From NCBI GenBank assembly GCA_050260055.1, contig JBLNBO010000042.1:17761-81760 (forward strand): a stretch of DNA of 64,000 nt, read 5' to 3'. Made by a program: the position numbers and the translations under genes. This document shows, piece by piece, positions 48,968 through 57,583 of the stretch (positions are counted from its first letter, which is position 1; each line of letters starts with the position of its first letter). The stretch comes from Ignavibacteriales bacterium. Lineage in GTDB: Bacteria; Bacillota; Clostridia; Acetivibrionales; UBA4821. The notes beneath the pieces were generated by a model. That model saw only the letters and a list, made by a program, of their open reading frames with translations. It did no database searches and was not told the origin of the DNA.

Positions 48968-50665
48968 CTATTTAAACTGCTTATAAATTGGCTCAGGAAA
49001 TTTAATATTTAGAAGTGATCTAAATATAGGGTTTTGTACGATATATTCACCTTGCTTCAAACGAGTCATCATATTTTTATAAACAGGAGGAATGTATTTA
49101 TATTCGCTATTTGCAAGTTCAATAGCATTGGTTCTGCCATAAGCAAATGTAGAACAGTTCCCAGAAACCCTGTTATGAATTGCGCTTTTAAATTGCTCTG
49201 CCGCAAATAGGACTACTCCTAGAGAACGTCCACGTTCTGCAATATCAAGAATTTGTTTTAGAATAGGAGAGTCTTTTGGAGCGTCTTTTGAGGCAAATTT
49301 ATTTAATTCATCAATGAATACAATAATTCTTGATGGAGGGCATTTACCATTACTATAATCCTTCTCATCCAATTGAAAATCATATAACTCCCTAATAACA
49401 TTGCCAAATACATAAGCCTGCATGTCAGAATCCAACTTTGCAATATCTACAACGAATACATCATTCTTTTGAATTTCTTTTATCTTTTCAGCAATACGTA
49501 CTTCACCATTACTTTCCTCTATATCATTAAATAAAGGATTGTTCCTTATAGATTTATTCATTAGACGCGTAAATTTACGCCAACTTGTTACAGTTATTTC
49601 GTTATTTTTATTTTTTGAAGTGTTCCCAGCCTCACAAAGTTCACCAATTTTTTCAAGGAAGCTTTGCCATGTAGTTATTGAATTAAAGCCATTCTGCCCA
49701 TCTATGACTTGGTTAATTATGCCAGCCATTGTCTGAGTTGAATCATCAATGTTAGAAAACATCAAGTCTATGCTATCCTTATCTTGCTGGTATGTAAACT
49801 TGTATTGAAATGCCTTCTTTTGTTTTCTTTGTTTTTCAAAGAGCTCATTGGGAACATAGGAATTCGTTTTATTTTTTGTCGAGTAGGGATATAGATATTT
49901 AACTTGACTGAAAGGAGTATCAGATAAACCAAGGTTTCTATATATAGATTTTACTTGATTTTCATTTTCTGTCTTGCCATCAAAGTCATTTGGCTCGTCA
50001 ATGGCTAATAAATCCCGACCTTTAACATTAAATACAACAAAAGCAACACTATCGTTTTCAGAGTCAGAGTTCTCCATTTTAAGGTACTTGTCTTGAATCG
50101 CCTTAAGTAGAAACATTGCGTATGATGTTTTCGATGCTAAACCAGAAATACCAGAAATATTTAAATGGGCTCCTTCTGGTCCTATAAGAAATTTTGAATC
50201 AACATTAACTGGCAGTGTTATTTTATTAGATTCTCCAGAACTTTCATACATTTCAAGATATCCACATACAAGCGGATTCTTAATATCTGAAAGGCCAAGT
50301 GCTTTGCTAACTTCATCACGTGTTGCCAAATATACCTTACTGCCACTATGTACAGGAATAAATATATTTTTGTCATTTCCTACAACATTAGCTTTTACAT
50401 AATTCATACCTATTCTTAACGTAGGTTCCACAGATGTAACATCACCAAAATCATTCGATATGAAATTTGATAAAAAGCTTGCTGAATCGGTTATATGTGA
50501 TATTTCCTCAATAACTGCAAATGTTTTGCTGCCATTGATATGATCAACTTTTACCACATCAAAAGGATTCAATATTAAATCAGTATTAGTCCAGAAGCAA
50601 AAACTATCTATTGTTGTAGGTACCTTTTCCGTTGCTATTATGCGTCCTATTAAACTCATATTCAT
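48968..50665 (-). CDS. HerA-like (FtsK/HerA clade) ATPase with HAS-barrel N-domain (defence-operon gene 3)
   Basis: The N-terminal barrel pattern is IGRIIATEKVP...FDVVKVDH...FAVIEEI. The P-loop region is ISGISGLASKTSYAMFLL and Walker B is RIIVFIDELNKFA. The RGRSLGVVLFAAEQFKS segment is typical of HerA. Confidence 0.75.
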   Translation of the reverse strand: MNMSLIGRIIATEKVPTTIDSFCFWTNTDLILNPFDVVKVDHINGSKTFAVIEEISHITDSASFLSNFISNDFGDVTSVEPTLRIGMNYVKANVVGNDKNIFIPVHSGSKVYLATRDEVSKALGLSDIKNPLVCGYLEMYESSGESNKITLPVNVDSKFLIGPEGAHLNISGISGLASKTSYAMFLLKAIQDKYLKMENSDSENDSVAFVVFNVKGRDLLAIDEPNDFDGKTENENQVKSIYRNLGLSDTPFSQVKYLYPYSTKNKTNSYVPNELFEKQRKQKKAFQYKFTYQQDKDSIDLMFSNIDDSTQTMAGIINQVIDGQNGFNSITTWQSFLEKIGELCEAGNTSKNKNNEITVTSWRKFTRLMNKSIRNNPLFNDIEESNGEVRIAEKIKEIQKNDVFVVDIAKLDSDMQAYVFGNVIRELYDFQLDEKDYSNGKCPPSRIIVFIDELNKFASKDAPKDSPILKQILDIAERGRSLGVVLFAAEQFKSAIHNRVSGNCSTFAYGRTNAIELANSEYKYIPPVYKNMMTRLKQGEYIVQNPIFRSLLNIKFPEPIYKQFK

Positions 50666-50671
50666 TGCCTC

Positions 50672-51829
50672 CTAAAATAATTGTATAAATAACTCATGGC
50701 TTAAGTATTTACTTTTTACATATTGTTCGGTCAGATATATTGGGTACAGATGATTCGCCCAACGTTCATCCGCTCCGTAACATACAGGATTACGCTCATT
50801 AATCAAGTATGCAGTAATATTGTTAATTTCATCGGTATCAATACCATTTGTCCACTCGGTATCTGTTACAATTAGCTTTTCTATTTTTAATATACCGTCA
50901 AAAATACTTTTTGTATGTTTTGCATTTCTGATCCGTAAATACCAAATACAAAAGTCTACATTCGCCATCTTTGATTGGTATCTGTATGCCGGTGTTCGTT
51001 CAAAAGGTTTCAAATTAGCAATGATATTTGAGTTAGTACCGCCACCTTCAACAAGGCATTTCGTTGGGTCAAAAGATTTTGAAACTCCGATTACGTAACG
51101 ATAATTCTTTTTTATATGCTCTTCGCTCAAATTTAAGGCTTTTTTGTTATTTTTTTGAGGAATATGTTTATAATCCAAAGAACCGTCTTTTATTAAATAA
51201 TTAGATAAGTTAAGTTTATTGGCAGTAACTAAATTTGAAACCATTTGTTTTTCTAATTCGACCATATAGTCCTGGATTTTGGCAATTCCTTTCTTATCCA
51301 GTTTATCATCTTTATTAGTGTTATATATTAATAAATCGCTGAATTCAATGAATTGTTGATTTCTAAGTTTAACGTTCTTGTTTATCTTATCAAGTAAAGG
51401 TTTAGCTTGATCAGCACCATTCCAATCTGTACTAAATGCTTTATCAGGTAAAACAATTACCAATTTCCGTTCAAAAGGCATAGCAGGGTGAAGTTGCTTA
51501 CTTACCCTTTGGCAAGTACCAACACCTATTTGTCCAGCAATTATTGGATAAACGTCTTTTTGAAAAGACATATCGTCAACTTTATATGTGTGCCTTGAAC
51601 CATCAAGGAAATATGTAAAAATAGAAGGATATTCTGCTTTTGCATCCGCAACATCTTTCAAATTAATAGGTCTCTTCAATTTTTCGGTCTCGCCATATTC
51701 CTTCCATATAACATCTTTATTATCATCGTAATCAATACCACTACGCTCCCCAGTGTCATGACAATATTTATGGGAGTTAAAGCTGCTTCCCTTACGATCT
51801 TCCGCAATAATCTTCATGATGTTGCCCAT
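50672..51829 (-). CDS. NurA-like nuclease (defence-operon gene 2)
   Basis: Two DGS motifs (FLDGSR at D76, IKDGSL at D215) and C-terminal HLYPIYLTEQY resemble the NurA catalytic motifs. It is directly coupled to the HerA-like gene by a 6-nt gap. Confidence 0.6.
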   Translation of the reverse strand: MGNIMKIIAEDRKGSSFNSHKYCHDTGERSGIDYDDNKDVIWKEYGETEKLKRPINLKDVADAKAEYPSIFTYFLDGSRHTYKVDDMSFQKDVYPIIAGQIGVGTCQRVSKQLHPAMPFERKLVIVLPDKAFSTDWNGADQAKPLLDKINKNVKLRNQQFIEFSDLLIYNTNKDDKLDKKGIAKIQDYMVELEKQMVSNLVTANKLNLSNYLIKDGSLDYKHIPQKNNKKALNLSEEHIKKNYRYVIGVSKSFDPTKCLVEGGGTNSNIIANLKPFERTPAYRYQSKMANVDFCIWYLRIRNAKHTKSIFDGILKIEKLIVTDTEWTNGIDTDEINNITAYLINERNPVCYGADERWANHLYPIYLTEQYVKSKYLSHELFIQLF

Positions 51830-51847
51830 GTTTTCACCACTTCCATT

Positions 51848-52033
51848 TTACTTTTCTGAAACCCTACAAGATTTAACCCATTCATCAATTTCAGAAGTTT
51901 TAAATTTCCATAATCGACCAACTTTATGAGCAGGCATATTTTTAATATTTATCCATTTTAAGGCTGTATCCCTGCTAATACCAAGGTAATCACATATTTC
52001 GGCTAAGGAGAGCCATCTATCAACATTTTTCAT
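51848..52033 (-). CDS. Small excisionase/MerR-type helix-turn-helix protein (defence-operon gene 1)
   Basis: 61 aa. LSLAEICDYLGISRDTALKWINIKNMPAHKVGRLWKFKTSEIDEWV is the canonical excisionase-family HTH pattern. It lies 18 nt upstream of the NurA-like gene. Confidence 0.8.
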   Translation of the reverse strand: MKNVDRWLSLAEICDYLGISRDTALKWINIKNMPAHKVGRLWKFKTSEIDEWVKSCRVSEK

Positions 52034-52081
52034 CTATGCAACTCCAAGTTCAAATTATTCACATAACCTTCCAACGCAAAA

Positions 52082-52110
52082 ATTATATTTTAATAAAGTA
52101 GTCTAGTCAA
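52082..52110 (-). promoter_or_regulatory. Consensus sigma-A promoter of the five-gene operon
   Basis: Minus strand TTGACT (52105-52110), 17 nt spacer, TATAAT (52082-52087), about 45 nt upstream of the HTH start. Confidence 0.65.
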
Positions 52111-52121
52111 TCGATTTTTGC

Positions 52122-52153
52122 ATTTTTATGATGATTAACGTATTTTTATGATG
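52122..52153 (-). promoter_or_regulatory. Two 12-nt direct repeats just upstream of the -35 box (candidate regulator binding site)
   Basis: ATTTTTATGATG occurs at 52122-52133 and 52142-52153, a 20-nt period. Confidence 0.4.
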
Positions 52154-52362
52154 TAATAAAATGATATATCATGCAAGCTGAGATGTTTGATTTTACTGCA
52201 TTCTTTTGATATACATGTACAAAATAGTCTTATTTTTTAAATTTCACCCCGGAACTTTCCGGTAAAACATTAGCGGTCGTCTTGCAATACAAATACGCAA
52301 AATTACCTCATCTAACGTGTATTTGTTTAATTCTGCGTAAGTGTCTTAATAGAGTCAATTAC

Positions 52363-53133
52363 TCAATCTTCAATATCTCTAATATAAGGAACATATTGAA
52401 TGTTCCCTTCAACTCTTACTTTTCCCGATTCAATAATGGTATGTTCCAACCGTTCAACTTCACTTCTTGTCAGTTCAAGCTTGCTGTTGAATTTAGTTTT
52501 ATAATTATTAAGGTAACAAACGAATTTACTTTTGTTGTTTTGATCTTGCAAGATAAATATTGAGTCGCATGCTGATAGCAGCGGGAATTCATCGCTTTCA
52601 ATTTGGGCTTCTTTTTCTACTATATACTCCACACTGGTAAAGCCTCGTTGGGGCTTATCTTCTGTATTGGGAATCAACCAATCACGTCCATTTTTCTTTG
52701 CAAATCTCAATTTCCCACGCCTAATCCATTGTCTGACCGTAATAGGCTCAATCCCAAGCATGGAGGCATATTGTTCAACTGTAAGGTAATCACATTCAAC
52801 CGTGATTAAAGTGTGTTCCACAGTTGAGGTCATGCCACTAATTTCATCATTTTCAACTTCAATCTCGTCAGCCTGACATAGATTCAACTCCATGCTATTC
52901 CCTAAAAATTGATATTCATAGAACCACCAAAGCTCTGTCAAAACTGGAAGTTTGCATTTTTTTACTGCTGCAGTAAATTTTTCGCAAAGCTTTACTCTGT
53001 TTTTTACAACTTCGTTTGAATATATAGGCTCTTCATTTAGTTTTTCGTGTTCAACAAATAACTCCAATGACCTTAAAATATCTTCACGCGTAAACAGATA
53101 GCTTTCACGGAATAATCTTTCTTTAATATCCAT
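52363..53133 (-). CDS. HTH-domain protein (excisionase/MerR-type DNA-binding motif in the middle of a 256-aa protein)
   Basis: LTVEQYASMLGIEPITVRQWIRRGKLRFAKKNGRDWLIP. The ATG at 53133 follows GGGGGGTG. Confidence 0.6.
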   Translation of the reverse strand: MDIKERLFRESYLFTREDILRSLELFVEHEKLNEEPIYSNEVVKNRVKLCEKFTAAVKKCKLPVLTELWWFYEYQFLGNSMELNLCQADEIEVENDEISGMTSTVEHTLITVECDYLTVEQYASMLGIEPITVRQWIRRGKLRFAKKNGRDWLIPNTEDKPQRGFTSVEYIVEKEAQIESDEFPLLSACDSIFILQDQNNKSKFVCYLNNYKTKFNSKLELTRSEVERLEHTIIESGKVRVEGNIQYVPYIRDIED

Positions 53134-53152
53134 AAAGACACCCCCCACATAA

Positions 53153-53205
53153 AAAAAGGTTTGACATTATTGTAACGCAACGTTACAATAATGTCAAACC
53201 TTTTT
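53153..53205. promoter_or_regulatory. 25-bp perfect palindrome containing consensus -35/-10 hexamers on both strands
   Basis: AAAAAGGTTTGACATTATTGTAACG caa CGTTACAATAATGTCAAACCTTTTT. Each strand reads TTGACA, 17 nt spacer, TACAAT. The minus-strand version lies ~28 nt upstream of the 53133 start codon. Confidence 0.55.
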
Positions 53206-53284
53206 AGATTAGCATTCTTCATCTTTTCCTTCAACTTCGTCATATGTAATTTTCAATAATATCATATAATTTAAATTACCTACT

Positions 53285-53336
53285 AAAAAAACAGAATTCA
53301 AAAAGGGAGCATTTGAAGTGCGCCCTCAATACTCCT
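53285..53336 (-). terminator. Possible intrinsic terminator after the 88-aa gene
   Basis: Imperfect hairpin GGAGTATTGA/TCAAATGCTCC overlaps the stop codon and is followed by CTTTTTGAATTCTGTTTTTTT on the minus strand. Confidence 0.35.
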
Positions 53337-53592
53337 CCGGCAGAAGAACTGTTGTAGCACTTCTATCCGCCTCAGTAATGATCCAGAACTTCTTACCATT
53401 CGCTGACTTATACGCTGACAGAATTCTGAAACCTTCCTTCAATGCCAACTCATTCTCTTTCTGGTCTGCTTTACACAAATCGCCCCAGTCACCGCTTAAA
53501 TGTCTCCTTAAAGCACCCGAGATATCCTCCCTTGATAACTCCTTTAACGCTCCTTGTGTTGCAACTACCTGACCCAAATTGAACTTTGTCAT
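53326..53592 (-). CDS. Small conserved mobile-element protein (88 aa), function unknown
   Basis: RBS AAGGAG. The sequence GDWGDLCKADQKENELALKEGFRILSAYKS..KFWIITEADRSATTVLLPEEY looks like a small family seen on plasmids and conjugative elements. I cannot name the family with certainty. Confidence 0.5.
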   Translation of the reverse strand: MTKFNLGQVVATQGALKELSREDISGALRRHLSGDWGDLCKADQKENELALKEGFRILSAYKSANGKKFWIITEADRSATTVLLPEEY

Positions 53593-53759
53593 AATTGACA
53601 GCTCCTTTCATTTTTTGAAGGAGCACAATTTTACGGAGTGAATTTCAAGTAACCGTGGAATAAGTTGGACGGCATAAGCTTGGTTCTGCTTATGCCGCGA
53701 AAGTACTTGCAAATTCTAAAGAAGTAAAATTGTATAATGGGAAGACGTGGGAAAGGATG
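53593..53759 (-). promoter_or_regulatory. Conserved structured 5' leader, copy 2
   Basis: The block 53623-53759 is ~90% identical to 45087-45225. The inner hairpin is perfect here (GCATAAGC/GCTTATGC). GCTCCTT pairs with the AAGGAGC of the RBS. Confidence 0.6.
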
Positions 53760-54035
53760 CACTATACTAAAACTTCTTGTTTACTAGATAGCCAGACTAA
53801 TATGATTGTTAAAAAATACAATAAATGGTATCATTATATAAAATATTTAAGACATTCTGTCATTAATACAACTATATTGGAAGTGTTTCACACACTTTCG
53901 GTAGTCTCGTTATATGACATCAGCGCCAAAATAAAAAGCAAAAACGATTCCTTTCTAGTCTATATTGATTTAATGTAAAGTATCATAACTAATTATTATA
54001 TTTACTACAAGCTAGTTAAGGTTGAGGAGAGTTAT

Positions 54036-54854
54036 ATGAGTGTTAAACTACAAATTAGTCATGATTATGAAAAAATTCAGCTTAATAATAAAGAATACGG
54101 AGTAACAGGATTAACCGATTATACTCCAGCAGTATGGAATGAATTATCAGCAGTTAATTGGTACGTAAACGAAAGAGAATTTATAGAAAATAAAAAAACT
54201 TATATTTATACAGGTTCTAAACGATTTGGAGAACTTAATAAATTGCATCAAATTGTAATGATGCTTTGGTACGGAAAAGAAGCAGTTCAATCTGCTTATT
54301 TGAACAACTATATTATTGAGCATCATAATAATGATGAATTTGATTGTCATATAAGAAATCTATCTTTTGCTTCTAATGATCTTAACTTAGCTAAAGCCCA
54401 TACTTTCGATAAGACTCAACCTTTATTGTTAAATCAAGCTGCTGTGAATTTTTATAAAGATTTTGAAACCAAACAATATCAAATTACCGTTAAATTTACT
54501 CGAGATTATATTCTCAGCGTAAATGGAAAGTCATTTTTGCTAGATAGTTTATTTTTACTTTATGAAGATAATTTTAGAGTTGTATATACTGATGCAAATA
54601 GAATTGTAGATGAACTTTTAGAGATAGGACAGGTTAATTTTAAATTGCTTTCTTATAAAGATTACTCATTTGTTGAAGGAAAAATTTATATTCCTAAAAA
54701 AGATGAAAAGATTGAAGGAATACAAATTAGAACAGATGAGAGTGGCAATAGTTATATTACCGTTAGTGACGATACTTTATTTTTTTTCAATAGAACGCTT
54801 CCTGACCAAGATTTATATAAGAATAATGTGAAGAATGAAGAAAATAAAGAATAA
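54036..54854 (+). CDS. HNH-like endonuclease-domain protein
   Basis: RBS GGTTGAGGAG. IIEHHNNDEFDCHIRNLSFASNDLN resembles the HNH_3-type H-x-D/N...N-L...N motif. Confidence 0.45.
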   Translation: MSVKLQISHDYEKIQLNNKEYGVTGLTDYTPAVWNELSAVNWYVNEREFIENKKTYIYTGSKRFGELNKLHQIVMMLWYGKEAVQSAYLNNYIIEHHNNDEFDCHIRNLSFASNDLNLAKAHTFDKTQPLLLNQAAVNFYKDFETKQYQITVKFTRDYILSVNGKSFLLDSLFLLYEDNFRVVYTDANRIVDELLEIGQVNFKLLSYKDYSFVEGKIYIPKKDEKIEGIQIRTDESGNSYITVSDDTLFFFNRTLPDQDLYKNNVKNEENKE

Positions 54855-54936
54855 AATATAAGCAAGCTGGAGAAGGCGCTGATATCGCATAAACCAATGT
54901 ACTCTTGAAAAAGAATAGTATTAATATATACTCCCT

Positions 54937-57246
54937 CTACCCTACATCCATAAACTCCTCCGGTTTGGTTGTCATCAACCTATATTCCTTTTCACTTATC
55001 TCAAACTTACAAGGAACAATCAACCCCCCAGCCACGATAAGCCCATGCCCACAGTCGCTGTTAGTTACATAATTAAGCTGTGCCTGGCTCAGCTGTAAAA
55101 TATCCGCTAACTGCTTCCTATCCGATGCAGCCTGATCCATTAGTATAATAAACTGACTATTTGAAAGCATCGACCTTGCAATATCACTCTTGAGCAAATC
55201 CTCAACATTCTGCGTTATGCCTGTTGGAATTCCTCCATACTTTCTTGTCCTTTTATATAACTCATAAAGGAACCTACCCGAATATTCGTTATTGAACATC
55301 AGATATATCTCATCCATGTACAACCATGTTCTTTTCTTTTTCCCTCTGTTCGAGACAATCCTGTTCCAAATATTATCCAGAACAACCTGCATTCCAAGAG
55401 GCTTTAACTGATCCCCAAGCCTGTTTATATCATAGCAAATAAGCCTGTTATTAAGATTTACATTCGTCTTCTCCGAGAATATACTCAAGCTTCCCTGAAC
55501 ATACAACTCTAATGACAAAGCAAGTCTTTGAGCTTCCTGTTCTGGCTGTTTCTTCAATATCTCAAAGTAGTCATTCATTGTCGGAATCTTCTCAGCCTTA
55601 AAATGTGAATTAATATAATCCTTATATGTCTGTCTCGTTACTCTGTCCAATATCGCCTTTTCCTCAGACTTTAGTGGACCTATGAGCTGATCAAATATGC
55701 CTATGAGGAATTCTCCTTTAAGCTTCAAAGGCGGCTCGTCATCCCCATAATCCTTCTCCATATCGAACGGGTTTATATGTGTTTCGCTGTTTGCTGATAT
55801 TGTAACTATCTCCCCATCCAATTCCTTAACCACAGGGAAATACTCTCTTTCCGGATCAATTATGATTATGTCATCATCAGTACAAAGAAAAGCTCTATAG
55901 AGCTCTGCCTTAGCAGCCATTGTCTTCCCACTCCCAGGAGTTCCAAGTATAAATCCACTGGGATTCTTTATGTCATTCTTTCTATCAAATACAACAAGCG
56001 AAGAGGTAATCTTGTTTATCCCATAAAATATTCCCTTGTTTGAGAATACATCCTGTGCAGTAAAGGGCAGCAGTATTGCAGCACCGTCAGTCAGTACCTG
56101 CCTCTTAACCTCAAGCCTGTTACTGCAAAACGGCAGCACACTGTTCAAACCATATTCCTGCCTATGTGTTGCAATCAATGCTTTTATCCCATGCTTTCCG
56201 CATATATTCTGGGTTACCTTTGTATAATGCTCAAGCTGTTCCGGCGTATTTGCTGTGAGGCATATGTAAATTGCAGCATTAAAAAGTCTCTTATCATTAG
56301 CCTGAAGCTCATGGAGCAGCTTTTTTGAAGCCTCAAGGTTATATTCAAGATCAAACGGAGGCAGCTTCCCGCTTTTTGCAGAAATCAATTTATCTGACTC
56401 CATCGCTGTAATCCTTCTGCGAATGAACCTGATTGCATCTCCAGGATCAATATTCTCTATGTTAATTGATATATCAACATTAAAGTTCAGGCTTAAAAGG
56501 TCTCCGACAAACCTGTCGGTCAAGGAATTAGGCAGCTCTCTGATAAACATAATCCTTTTGAACTCAGTGCCAATTTCAATGTGATTACTTTTGAACCTGA
56601 AGCTTGAAGGGCAAATAAGGTCTTTAATACTTACCCCTCTTGAAGCAACATCCTGAGAAAGGCAAAATGGCTGTGATCTTTTAAGTCCCGGGTTGTAAGC
56701 ATTATAGAGCAGTTTCAATATTTCTTCAGCTCCCAGCCTGATTACCCTTGCGTTATATTTTTTAAAATGCTGCTCTATTGAAGCAATCCTTCTTTCCAAT
56801 TCTCCTAAAACATCGGTGTATTTAATACCCTCGCATTTTATAGCAAGGAATCTTTTTCTGTCAGCAGCCTTCTTTGATATAGAAATATCGGTAATCCAAT
56901 TACGGTAATACTTAAGATCATCCAAATGAGTTTCATGCTCTTCAGGAATAATATTCATTACCTCTTTTGTATCAAGCACATCATTAGTAAGATACCACTG
57001 AACCCCATAATCCAATGAATTAAGCATGGTACAGTAATTCCTGAATATGTCCTCCTGGTCGTTTTCTCTTGCAAGGCTGTAATTTATATTATCAACTGAG
57101 CATACAGCGACATAAACATTATCTGGCATTTCAATAAGCCCATCCTTGGTTATTGCTTCAAAGGGAAGGGTTTGCTGTGCAGTTCTATTTACCCGGTACT
57201 TTCTTAACCTTTTTCTTTTCAAGGAGCTTAATAATCTTTTTATCAT
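54937..57246 (-). CDS. VirB4-family type IV secretion ATPase
   Basis: 769 aa. Walker A is FILGTPGSGKTMAAK and Walker B is WLYMDEIYLMF. It is adjacent to a PrgI/VirB3-like gene. Confidence 0.85.
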   Translation of the reverse strand: MIKRLLSSLKRKRLRKYRVNRTAQQTLPFEAITKDGLIEMPDNVYVAVCSVDNINYSLARENDQEDIFRNYCTMLNSLDYGVQWYLTNDVLDTKEVMNIIPEEHETHLDDLKYYRNWITDISISKKAADRKRFLAIKCEGIKYTDVLGELERRIASIEQHFKKYNARVIRLGAEEILKLLYNAYNPGLKRSQPFCLSQDVASRGVSIKDLICPSSFRFKSNHIEIGTEFKRIMFIRELPNSLTDRFVGDLLSLNFNVDISINIENIDPGDAIRFIRRRITAMESDKLISAKSGKLPPFDLEYNLEASKKLLHELQANDKRLFNAAIYICLTANTPEQLEHYTKVTQNICGKHGIKALIATHRQEYGLNSVLPFCSNRLEVKRQVLTDGAAILLPFTAQDVFSNKGIFYGINKITSSLVVFDRKNDIKNPSGFILGTPGSGKTMAAKAELYRAFLCTDDDIIIIDPEREYFPVVKELDGEIVTISANSETHINPFDMEKDYGDDEPPLKLKGEFLIGIFDQLIGPLKSEEKAILDRVTRQTYKDYINSHFKAEKIPTMNDYFEILKKQPEQEAQRLALSLELYVQGSLSIFSEKTNVNLNNRLICYDINRLGDQLKPLGMQVVLDNIWNRIVSNRGKKKRTWLYMDEIYLMFNNEYSGRFLYELYKRTRKYGGIPTGITQNVEDLLKSDIARSMLSNSQFIILMDQAASDRKQLADILQLSQAQLNYVTNSDCGHGLIVAGGLIVPCKFEISEKEYRLMTTKPEEFMDVG

Positions 57247-57571
57247 CTATATCATCACCCTCATCCCTATTTATCATCTCTATATCAGATGGTACAAACG
57301 GTCTTTTTTGTGGAATGAAAAACTCTCTTACAACATAATAGATAAACCTTTCGAAGCTCATTCCCTGATAGGTGTAAAAACCTGCGACCGCTATCGGGAG
57401 AACTACCAGAATCACTATAAACTGCTTAATATCCTTTTGCACATTCAAGTAGAAATATGTACTCACCCCCGCAAATGCCGCCGCTGCCAGACAGATTACC
57501 TGCCTTAAGGTATAGTTTCCTGCCACTCTTTCTTTGTAATTACTGATCTGCGCGTTTATATTTACAACCAT
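57185..57571 (-). CDS. PrgI/VirB3-like small conjugation membrane protein
   Basis: 128 aa with two TM segments after NYTLRQVICLAAAAFAGV. It overlaps the virB4 start, as is typical. Confidence 0.6.
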   Translation of the reverse strand: MVVNINAQISNYKERVAGNYTLRQVICLAAAAFAGVSTYFYLNVQKDIKQFIVILVVLPIAVAGFYTYQGMSFERFIYYVVREFFIPQKRPFVPSDIEMINRDEGDDIDDKKIIKLLEKKKVKKVPGK

Positions 57572-57583
57572 AACAACACCCCC

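Noticed and set aside
53318-53572. Plus-strand 84-aa ORF (GTG start after AAGGGAG) antisense to the 88-aa gene
   Set aside because: Its composition (Ser/Leu/Pro-rich, no motif) is typical of an antisense shadow, and the minus-strand product looks like a genuine conserved small protein. Possible antisense transcription from the palindromic promoter is reported separately.
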